NCBI RefSeq assembly: GCF_000092105.1
Contig: NC_014148.1
Coordinates: 2,010,001 to 2,042,000, forward strand
Direction of reading: 5' to 3'
Length of the DNA stretch: 32,000 nt
Origin: Planctopirus limnophila DSM 3776
GTDB taxonomy: Bacteria > Planctomycetota > Planctomycetia > Planctomycetales > Planctomycetaceae
Positions 17,923 through 25,817 of the stretch are shown here, in pieces. Below the pieces are notes generated by a model. The model did no database searches, was not told the DNA's origin, and was given only the letters and a program-made list of their open reading frames with translations. How positions within the stretch are numbered: position 1 is the stretch's first letter; each line of letters starts with the position of its first letter. The translations under genes and the position numbers were made by a program.

Positions 17923-18100
17923 ACAGGCATCCACACCATCGAGCAAAGCCACAACGAGGGTATCTGGCAGCACAATACCGCTGCAGAACCACAAGCTTTC
18001 TCATGGAAGGATGGCACTGTCTCTGCCAGAAATCAAATGGGTTAGTGAGTGGCCATGATGATTGCCTGTGGACGCTGGCTGGCTTCCTGAGTTTGCCTCA

Positions 18101-19786
18101 TTAAAGAAACCGGCGTGCCATCGTCTCGATCGGCAACTCGGCCAGTAGATCTGCACCTGTGGGCGAGTAGGCTCGACAAATTTCTGAAATGTCTTCCCGG
18201 GCGGCAAAGTACGCATCAATCACATTGGGATCCCACTGGAGACCTGAGCCTCTGCGGAAGATTTCTTCCAAACGTTCCAAGGGCATCCCTTTGCGATAAG
18301 GGCGGTCACTGCACATCGCATCGTAGCTGTCGGCAACAGCAATAATGCGGGCCATCAAAGGAATTTCTTCTCCCTTAAGACAGTCCGGATAGCCTTTGCC
18401 ATTGAAGGCTTCATGATGGCTGCGCACTCCTGGAAGTATATGCTGCAGATTCTTGAGTTGTTTGAGAATGCGATAGCCAATCATCGGGTGCTGTTGAATT
18501 GCCCGGAACTCTTCCGGGGTCAACTGATCGGGTTTACGGAGGATCCGGTCATCGACACCAATCTTGCCGATGTCATGCAGCATGCTGGACATGTAAATGT
18601 CTTCGAGATCATCAGCGGGCAGCCTGAGTTCCTGACCGAGCCGTCTGGCAATCAGTGCGACACGCTCACTGTGGCCACGAGTGTAAGGGTCTTTAGCGTC
18701 GAGAGTTTGCACCAGAGAACGGACAAAGCTGATCACCAGAGACTGATGCTCGCGATAAAGTTCAATATTGCGGAGGTGCGTCCCGAGAATGGTACCAATC
18801 GAACCCAGCAGACTCGCTTCGACAGAGCCGTATTCTTTGTCGTCAGAAAGGTTGCAACTGACGATCCAGCCTCGGCGGAAAGGAGCTTCTCCAATCGGGA
18901 CAAGAATGAAGTTTTGCAGACCTGGAAAGTCGGCACCCAGCAAAGTTTTTGCGAGATTGTTTTTGACCAGTGGCCGCGACCAGTCATGCTCTTCAAAACG
19001 GGATGTCAGCCTGGCGAGCTGGAACTCATCGAGTGGTAGGTGTCCCTCAACCGAGAAATGATGTCTGTCGTGATCGACCTGCATCCAGATGGCGTTCCCT
19101 GCCGCGGGAATCAAAGAATGCAGGCGTGCCAGGCAATGATTTGCCAGTTCTAAAGGTGAGCGAGAGAGTTGTAAGCGTTGTGTCAGGCTATGCAGCAGGC
19201 TGATTTCTTCGAATGTGTACTCAATCTGTGAAGTGAGTTGCTGCAATTCATCGTCGAGACGATCAACGGTCCGCATCGAAGAAAAATGGCGACCTGCCAG
19301 AGCACAGAGACGCTCCAGTGTAGGGCGTGGGATGCAAAGCAATGAATCGACAAATTGAGTCAGCTCGGCTTGTGACCAACCAGCATCTGTCGCAGCCATT
19401 ATCCATTCTGCTGGAGCATTGGCTGCACCTTCCCGCGCGACGGAGCCGAGTATGGCCACCTCTCCTGTCGGTAGAGTCACTGGAAATCCAATGAACCGGA
19501 TGGATGGCCCCAGATCAACCAGCGTCGAACCGTTGGCATACAGAAAACGGTCAACCAATGCTGGCGAGAGAGTTAACCAGGAAGGGATTGATGTCTCACT
19601 TTTCCAGTAGCGGCGGCAGGGTATCCAGACGAATGACGGCAAACCAGTGGCCGCTGCCATTTCCTCAAGTAGAGAGGTAACGGCTTGATCGCTTTCCGGC
19701 GAGGTGCGGTTGATCGACTCGATACCCCAGGCAAGATCTTTCTGTGTTGCCAGTGGATTTGAGTGTTCGATAGAGATCGTAGCCAT
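18101..19786 (-). CDS. GAF-like sensor / HD-GYP domain protein (probable c-di-GMP phosphodiesterase)
   Basis: C-terminal TRGHSERV...LHDIGKIGV...QQHP...SHHEAFNGKGYP...VADSYDAM...RPYR gives a full HD-GYP residue set. The middle ~150 aa are GAF-like. The N-terminal ~180 aa are unassigned. ATG at 19786; the ORF-track TTG is at 19795. Confidence 0.85.
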   Translation of the reverse strand: MATISIEHSNPLATQKDLAWGIESINRTSPESDQAVTSLLEEMAAATGLPSFVWIPCRRYWKSETSIPSWLTLSPALVDRFLYANGSTLVDLGPSIRFIGFPVTLPTGEVAILGSVAREGAANAPAEWIMAATDAGWSQAELTQFVDSLLCIPRPTLERLCALAGRHFSSMRTVDRLDDELQQLTSQIEYTFEEISLLHSLTQRLQLSRSPLELANHCLARLHSLIPAAGNAIWMQVDHDRHHFSVEGHLPLDEFQLARLTSRFEEHDWSRPLVKNNLAKTLLGADFPGLQNFILVPIGEAPFRRGWIVSCNLSDDKEYGSVEASLLGSIGTILGTHLRNIELYREHQSLVISFVRSLVQTLDAKDPYTRGHSERVALIARRLGQELRLPADDLEDIYMSSMLHDIGKIGVDDRILRKPDQLTPEEFRAIQQHPMIGYRILKQLKNLQHILPGVRSHHEAFNGKGYPDCLKGEEIPLMARIIAVADSYDAMCSDRPYRKGMPLERLEEIFRRGSGLQWDPNVIDAYFAAREDISEICRAYSPTGADLLAELPIETMARRFL

Positions 19787-20266
19787 AGAATCCAAGCTTT
19801 CCGATGAGGCGATGCCAATAAGTCATCACCGAAAAGTTAGTTCATGTCCTACGTCGTGCCGCCTTTGCCTGAAGATTACCCTAATTCCGACCCATTGACT
19901 CTTGGTCAAAATGTTGTTCGTAAAGACTGAGTGAACGTGCGAAAACACATGTCGAGATGTTGCGGTACATCGCCACGGGTGGTTGCGTCGATGACAAAAC
20001 GGCGTAAATGAATGCCCCACAGAGGTTTATTCATCAAGCGAGAAAGGTGGGATCGTGTCTCAGAGAGGTGCTGGCAAGACCCATTTGTGCGTAAGCTGAC
20101 AAAGATAGCGATTGTGATGAAGAATCTAGCCCAACTCTCATTTTATATGAGGATTTGCACCTAGAACCGCAAAATGTGCGTCATCAAGCAGACAATCATC
20201 GGTCATGAAGAACTTGTCTCTTTTTGAGAGAGTCTTGGATGATCACGTCATTCATCCACGTTGGTC

Positions 20267-20297
20267 GTGAGAGATTCCCATTGGATGTATCTCTCAC
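20267..20297 (-). terminator. stem-loop just downstream of the hypothetical secreted-protein gene (function uncertain)
   Basis: 9-bp perfect stem GTGAGAGAT/ATCTCTCAC with a 13-nt loop, 10 nt after the stop codon (20307-20309) on the minus strand. There is no U-tract, so it is at best a non-canonical terminator or stability element. Confidence 0.3.
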
Positions 20298-20306
20298 CTG
20301 GCTCAC

Positions 20307-21173
20307 TTAGCGCTTCGAAGTGGAGATTGGCGCGAGGTGTTCCTGCTGAAATTGGCGGAAGGGAACATTGCGCAGCGAGCCATTTTTGATCTTTGATTCC
20401 CAGTGATGGATGTACTCCCGATCCAGGCGAGCGAATCGAGAGGAAATTTCATGTTCGGCACGCCAATGAATGGGCTGACCGTCGGTAATTTCAAGCTCGA
20501 CGACCATGGGCATTAGCGATCGACTTCTTAACTGCTCGTTTACGAGCAGCCTGGGAGCAGGAAGTAATGCTCGCGGATAGAGGACCGAATTCAACTGGGC
20601 TGTGGAATCGGCGAACTTCAAATAGGTTTCCATCAGTTCCGGAGCAGCCTGAGAACTGGTCTTCACACGGTACTGCACTCCCTTTGAACTGAGCTTGAGA
20701 GTCTGCGAAGCTTCATCAAATTCCGTGGCGAAATCAGGGTTCAATTGAAAGGTCAGGCATTCAGCCGCTGCTCGGGATGTGGGCGACTCCTGCTTTTCCA
20801 GGGACTGAATGACTTTCTGTGCCTCTGTCTCAGCGAGTGAGAGAAAGTGCCGGATCTCGTCCTGAGAGACTTCCGTCATGAGATTTCGCGACAACGCAAG
20901 GATAACGAAATGTTTCTTCGCGGGCTCATAGATGGTGACTTCCTGAGCCCCTTCGATGAAATCGTACGATTTGCCAGCATGAAAGAGCGTTAAACTGCGG
21001 GCCACAACGGGCGCCTTGTCCGAAGAATCAAGTCGAATATCGCGAACGGTTGTATAGACTCGCAACTCCTGGGCGGGAAGCTGAGTGACGAGAGTGAAAA
21101 TCAAAACACCCAGTGTTTGATGCACAAATCGAAGTCCAAACAGCATTCTTGCCATTGAAGAGGAGGCAGACAT
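20307..21173 (-). CDS. hypothetical secreted protein
   Basis: Long ORF with protein-like composition. From ATG 21173 (or 21155) the N-terminus MARMLFGLRFVHQTLGVLIFTLVTQLPAQE looks like a signal peptide. The upstream part of the ORF-track frame is Pro/Ser-rich and unlikely to be coding. No family recognised. Confidence 0.55.
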   Translation of the reverse strand: MSASSSMARMLFGLRFVHQTLGVLIFTLVTQLPAQELRVYTTVRDIRLDSSDKAPVVARSLTLFHAGKSYDFIEGAQEVTIYEPAKKHFVILALSRNLMTEVSQDEIRHFLSLAETEAQKVIQSLEKQESPTSRAAAECLTFQLNPDFATEFDEASQTLKLSSKGVQYRVKTSSQAAPELMETYLKFADSTAQLNSVLYPRALLPAPRLLVNEQLRSRSLMPMVVELEITDGQPIHWRAEHEISSRFARLDREYIHHWESKIKNGSLRNVPFRQFQQEHLAPISTSKR

Positions 21174-21374
21174 GAGGGGTGCACCTGTTGATGGGCTAAG
21201 GCCAGATCGGTAACCACGAATTGGCGGGAATAGCTGGCAGATGAGACAGGAGGTAGACGAAGGGATAAGAATACTGGGGTATGGCGTTATCTCGAAAAGT
21301 GGGTTTTGGGGCAATTGCAATTGAACGACTCACTTCGGCAGAACCTGCTGCTGGTGGCGATTGGAAAGTGAACT

Positions 21375-22163
21375 ATGAATCTGCAAAATCGAGTTGTGTT
21401 AATTACGGGTGGCCGCAGGCTGGGAGCACATCTGGCAAAACTGCTAGCCGGACGTGGTTCGCAGATCGCGATGACCTGGTATCAGAATGAACAGGCGGTC
21501 CGTGAAGCTCTCGCAGCCTGTGAAATAGCCGGTGTTAAGACGTGTTCAATTCAGGCTGATCTCCGCCAATTGCAGGATAACCAGCGGGTTGTCGCCCAAG
21601 TTGTGGAGCAATTCGGGCGCATCGACATCCTGGTGAATCTGACAAGCATTTACACGCGTACACCGTTTGCCAGTCTGGAACCATCCGATTTTGATGACAT
21701 GCTCGATTCGAACCTGCGAGCTCCGTACTACACCGCGACGGAAGTGGCGAAGCAGATGTTGTCGCAACCATTGATCGAGTCAGCGTCGGGTTATTCGCTA
21801 CGCGGGAAGATTATTCATTTTACGGATTGGGCACTGGATCGACCTTACCGGGATTACCTGCCCTATCTGGCAGCCAAAGGTGGCCTGGCTGCGTTCACCA
21901 AGGCTCTAGCCGTCGAACTGGCTCCCTCGATTACAGTCAATGCGATTGCTCCGGGGACAGTCTTGCCACCGCCAGGACTCTCGGAAGAAAGTCTCGATGC
22001 CATCCGGAGAAGTGGAGCTCTTGAACAAATTGGTTCTCCGGCCGATGTCAACCATGCGGTACTCTATCTGCTGGAGGGGACCGATTTTGTCACCGGTGAA
22101 ACTCTGCGAGTCGATGGAGGCCGCTTTCTGGGGCCTCCTGAGCAAAACTCTGCTGATTTCTAA
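21375..22163 (+). CDS. SDR-family oxidoreductase, FolM/pteridine-reductase-like
   Basis: VVLITGGRRLGAHLA is Arg-containing glycine-rich, as in PTR1/FolM (TGGxRRIG). IIHFTDW compares with E. coli FolM IIHFTDY. YLAAK (YxxxK). VNAIAPG. The C-terminal FVTGETLRVDGGRFL compares with FolM FVTGRSFPLDGGRHL. Confidence 0.75.
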   Translation: MNLQNRVVLITGGRRLGAHLAKLLAGRGSQIAMTWYQNEQAVREALAACEIAGVKTCSIQADLRQLQDNQRVVAQVVEQFGRIDILVNLTSIYTRTPFASLEPSDFDDMLDSNLRAPYYTATEVAKQMLSQPLIESASGYSLRGKIIHFTDWALDRPYRDYLPYLAAKGGLAAFTKALAVELAPSITVNAIAPGTVLPPPGLSEESLDAIRRSGALEQIGSPADVNHAVLYLLEGTDFVTGETLRVDGGRFLGPPEQNSADF

Positions 22164-22211
22164 CGATCATTCACTCCGTGATCTCATTCATCAGATAGCC
22201 AGAGTTAGATT

Positions 22212-23258
22212 ATGCTGGTCCCCACAATTTCACTTCCTGCATTACTGCGAATTAAGCCCGGTGCAATGAGCCGGCTGGGAATCTATCTGACAAGAGAAGA
22301 ATTCCGGGAGATCGCTCTCTTCAGCAGCACGGGAATGCAAGCCCCGATTCTCGATGAAGTCACAAGATCGTTAGATACTAAGGGCGTTGCCATTCGTGAT
22401 CGCGAAGAGGTCGCGGATTCGACCATCGAGAATGCGTTGCGACTTCTGGGGCGACTTCCGGCTGACGTCCAAGCGGTTGTTGGTGTTGGCGGTGGCAAAG
22501 CCCTGGATGTGGCGAAATTCGTGGCTCATCTGGCGAATCGACCCTACATCGCTGTCCCGACATCGTTGTCGAACGATGGTTTCTGCAGCCCTCAGGCCAG
22601 CCTGACGCTTGACGGGCATCGAAAATCCATAGGAGCCCGCCTGCCATTTGGAGTCGTTGTCGATACGCAGGTCTGTCTGGAAGCTCCACGCTCTTTGTGG
22701 CTTTCCGGGATTGGAGACCTGATTGCCAAGTTCACTGCCGTTTACGAGTGGAAGGCTGCGTTTCATGCCCGGGGTGAATCTGTCAACGATCTGGCTGCGC
22801 TCCTCTCGGATGCGACTGTACGGCAATTTCTTTCCAGACCCACCCACGATCTGGAAGGTATCCGTCTGCTGGCGACGGCCCTGATGCTCGGCGGAATCTC
22901 AATGGAAATCAGCGGCACATCCAGACCTGCCAGTGGGAGTGAACATCTCATTTCGCATGCACTCGACGAAATTTCTTCGAGGCCCAGGTTGCATGGCGTG
23001 CAGGTGGGGATGGCGACCTATCTGATGTCGACCATCATTGGCCAACACACAGAGGAAATTCGAAAGTTGTTGACTGAAACCGGATTTCTTGATCTGGTGC
23101 GAGAAGATCCGTTCGACGGGGAAGAATGGCGTGCCGCCATTCAGAAAGCGCCGTCGATCAAACCCCACTACTTTTCATTGCTCAATACTCCCGGAAATCA
23201 GGAGAAACTGCTAAGCACCATGCGGAATGATCCGACACTTGTCGGCTGCTTTCGATAA
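22212..23258 (+). CDS. sn-glycerol-1-phosphate dehydrogenase homologue (EgsA/AraM family)
   Basis: The blocks GVGGGKALDVAKF, VPTSLSNDGFCSPQAS, GIGDLIAKFTAVYEWKAAF, SRPASGSEHLISHALD and LHGVQVGMATYL are colinear with archaeal G1PDH as I remember it (GIGGGRSID, VPTTASNDGIASP, GMGDIVSNITAVLDWK, SSRPASGSEHLFSHALD, LHGEQCG). ATG start 48 nt after the SDR stop. Confidence 0.8.
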   Translation: MLVPTISLPALLRIKPGAMSRLGIYLTREEFREIALFSSTGMQAPILDEVTRSLDTKGVAIRDREEVADSTIENALRLLGRLPADVQAVVGVGGGKALDVAKFVAHLANRPYIAVPTSLSNDGFCSPQASLTLDGHRKSIGARLPFGVVVDTQVCLEAPRSLWLSGIGDLIAKFTAVYEWKAAFHARGESVNDLAALLSDATVRQFLSRPTHDLEGIRLLATALMLGGISMEISGTSRPASGSEHLISHALDEISSRPRLHGVQVGMATYLMSTIIGQHTEEIRKLLTETGFLDLVREDPFDGEEWRAAIQKAPSIKPHYFSLLNTPGNQEKLLSTMRNDPTLVGCFR

Positions 23259-23268
23259 CTTTTGCGGA

Positions 23269-24024
23269 TCACGTGGTCTGGCCACCTGATTGAAGTGTCA
23301 CTTCCGATGAAGTTATGGATTGGCGAAACGCTGCCTCCTGGGGCAACAGACAGAATTGAAGCCCTGCCTCCTGCCAATAATCGATCAGCGGAGCAAGGAC
23401 TGCATCGCAGCGTCCCGTCGCAGCTGTCGCTGCATTATCGTGCAGGCAAATCAATGGATTTTGAGGAAGCGCACTTCGTCCCAGTTGAATGATTTCGGCA
23501 TGAGGCAGGCGGCTGTCGTAATCCGGAGGGAGATGGTTCCACATCACGATCCGTTGCTGGGATCTTCTGGCCCAGCGAATGGTGGCCATCGTAAAATGGC
23601 CGTATGGCGGGCGATACCACAAAAGTGGCTGACCACTGATCTGCTCAATGACGACTGCCGATCGATCAAGGTCTGCAATGATGTGGCTGGAAGAACGCTT
23701 CCAGGCATCGGGATGACCATAGGAATGGTTGCCAAGATGATGGCCATGATCGATGATGGCACGGATCAATACAGGGTGCGCCTGAGCGCGTTCACCGCAA
23801 ACAAAAAACGTTGCGAAGAGATTCTTCCTGGCGAGAAGCTTCAGTATCTGAGGCGTGCTCTCTGGATGTGGCCCGTCATCAAAGGTGAGTGCTGCTGGTC
23901 GATCACCGCTTGAAAGACCACCGTCTTTTGACCGGGCTGGAAACTCCCACAGGATAGAATCGAAGAAACGAGATCCAATCGCCGGCAGTTTTCTACCCAG
24001 CCAATTCCGCCAGCGATGCAGCAT
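23269..24024 (-). CDS. polysaccharide deacetylase (CE4 / NodB-homology domain)
   Basis: All CE4 motifs in order: LTFDDGP, GNHSYGHPD (HSxxH), WYRPPYG, ICLHDN. ATG at 24024. No obvious signal peptide. Confidence 0.85.
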   Translation of the reverse strand: MLHRWRNWLGRKLPAIGSRFFDSILWEFPARSKDGGLSSGDRPAALTFDDGPHPESTPQILKLLARKNLFATFFVCGERAQAHPVLIRAIIDHGHHLGNHSYGHPDAWKRSSSHIIADLDRSAVVIEQISGQPLLWYRPPYGHFTMATIRWARRSQQRIVMWNHLPPDYDSRLPHAEIIQLGRSALPQNPLICLHDNAATAATGRCDAVLAPLIDYWQEAGLQFCLLPQEAAFRQSITSSEVTLQSGGQTT

Positions 24025-24133
24025 AGAGAGCGATCTGTTGAGTTACTGAAACGACAATGGAGTCGGGGCCATCAACATACTTAAGCTCAATAACTGATTT
24101 GGATTCCAAAAATCAACTGCGATCCCTGGTATG

Positions 24134-24217
24134 GGGTGGCTGGGGTTGAGTCTTCGAACCCCCAGCGATCTTCGGCACGATCTGGGGGTTCGCGAAGACG
24201 CTCAACCCCAGCCACCC
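24134..24217. repeat. long GC-rich imperfect hairpin / palindromic element downstream of the beta-propeller gene
   Basis: The 17-bp perfect outer stem GGGTGGCTGGGGTTGAG (24134-24150) pairs with CTCAACCCCAGCCACCC (24201-24217). Inner pairing: TCTTCG/CGAAGA and AACCCCCAG/CTGGGGGTT, with two CG bulges. 16-nt loop at 24166-24181. It begins 28 nt after the stop at 24246 on the minus strand, with no adjacent U-tract. Confidence 0.85.
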
Positions 24218-24245
24218 GCCACGCAGTTGTTCATCAAAATCCATA

Positions 24246-25766
24246 TTACTTGCCGGCTTCAGCCGACTGACCTGGTAGACGATTCAAGGTGTAATAAGCT
24301 TCTTTGTGAAGCAGACTTTCTCCCGATTCGGATTTCACACCGTCTGCATGCAGTTCATGAACTGATCCCGGCTGTAAATTCTCGATGGTGAGCTTGACCT
24401 TGGTACGATCAGCATTCAATTCCGCTCGCACGATCTTCTGCTGGGCATGGTCAACTTCGGGGCTGCCATATGATGCCTGATAAATGTAGGTGTAGCTGGT
24501 CATCTTATAGCTTTCGGGATTGCTGGAAGAACTGGCATCGACCGGCCCAGTGAAAGTCAGCAGGAAACCATCAGGCTGTGCCTCCATTTTGAGAATTTCA
24601 AAAGGTGTCTTGCCTGTCCAGTGGATTCGATCCAGCGCAAAAGGCTTCGGTCCGCGTGAGCCCCAGCCACGATTGGTTCCACCAACGAACAGATCACCCT
24701 GCGGCGCAAACTGTAAGGCCAATGAACCAGATCCTGTCCCCGCGCGGAACGGGAAGCAGGCTCCCTGATAGTGGCCGTCGATTTTTTCCAGGAAGCAGCG
24801 CATCACAGTGGAATGCGTCTGATCACCCACAAACAACTGCTCATTAAAGGGGCCAAACTTCCCTTGAGTCGTATCGCAGGCAATGCCGGACGCTGACTGC
24901 CCCATTTTTTGGTAAGGAAACAGAATCGCAGCGGGCTCGTATTCAGGGATTTTGGCAGCTTCTGTCATGAAGCGACTTCCCGATTGTGGTTCTTGCGGCT
25001 TGGCACCCATGTTGGGGGCCTGTTCGTACCATTTGTTTCCACCGGGATGACCAACAAACTTGCCCGGAGGAAGATGCTTGAGCGCACAGGTTCCATTCCA
25101 TGGCCCCTGGTTATCGGTGTAGAAGACATCTCCTTGAGCGTTAAAACCAATCCCGCCGGGAGAACGAATTCCTGAGCATGTGGGAATGGCGACACCATCG
25201 GGGCCGATCCGCAGGCACCAGCCGCGAAACTTGACTTCGCTGCTGAAAGAACCCGTCAAGCAGAGCACGACCCAGATATTTCCTTCTTTGTCGAACTTGG
25301 AACCGAAGGCATACTCGTGATAGTCGCCGTTGATATGCCATGAATCGTTGACAGTCTCGAATTGATCGGCGACTCCATCATTGTTGGTATCACGCAAGCG
25401 ACTGAGTTCACCCCGCTGCGTGGCATAAAGAGCATCGTCTTTCCAGGCCAGTCCCAGTACTTCGTGAAGCCCTTCGGCAAATCGCTTCCAGGTGGTCTTG
25501 GAGACGTCGGCACCTTCGACGCCATCCGCAAACCAGATTTCTCCCCGGCGTGTCGAGACGGCAATCTTGCCATTCGGCAGAAATTCCAGCGCGCCAATTT
25601 CCAGCGTTACGTCTTTGGGAAGAGGAATCGCTTCCAACTGGTAGTATTCGGACTCTTCGGCTGCATAAAGGCTCGAAGGTACGAAGAAGCTGCACAACAG
25701 GAGAAGCAGAGCCATTTTGCCCGCCAACCATGTTCGTGCAGGCGAGTTGAAGATCGTGCGAGGCAT
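24246..25766 (-). CDS. secreted beta-propeller protein (sorbosone/glucose-dehydrogenase-like fold) with C-terminal Ig-like domain
   Basis: Signal peptide from ATG 25766 ([38 protein letters not shown]). Repeated propeller-blade-type blocks: [70 protein letters not shown]. It resembles the N-terminal domain of the 1193-aa protein at 1895-5476. The family name is uncertain. Confidence 0.65.
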   Translation of the reverse strand: MPRTIFNSPARTWLAGKMALLLLLCSFFVPSSLYAAEESEYYQLEAIPLPKDVTLEIGALEFLPNGKIAVSTRRGEIWFADGVEGADVSKTTWKRFAEGLHEVLGLAWKDDALYATQRGELSRLRDTNNDGVADQFETVNDSWHINGDYHEYAFGSKFDKEGNIWVVLCLTGSFSSEVKFRGWCLRIGPDGVAIPTCSGIRSPGGIGFNAQGDVFYTDNQGPWNGTCALKHLPPGKFVGHPGGNKWYEQAPNMGAKPQEPQSGSRFMTEAAKIPEYEPAAILFPYQKMGQSASGIACDTTQGKFGPFNEQLFVGDQTHSTVMRCFLEKIDGHYQGACFPFRAGTGSGSLALQFAPQGDLFVGGTNRGWGSRGPKPFALDRIHWTGKTPFEILKMEAQPDGFLLTFTGPVDASSSSNPESYKMTSYTYIYQASYGSPEVDHAQQKIVRAELNADRTKVKLTIENLQPGSVHELHADGVKSESGESLLHKEAYYTLNRLPGQSAEAGK

Positions 25767-25817
25767 ATGCGAAACTCTCTGAATGGAGATCAAAACAAGG
25801 AAAATCGAGCGATCAGA

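Noticed and set aside
19787-20306. Possible c-di-GMP (GEMM) or other riboswitch in the leader of the HD-GYP gene
   Set aside because: I could not recognise any conserved riboswitch core from memory on either strand. It is kept only as a generic 'long non-coding gap' finding pending an Rfam scan.
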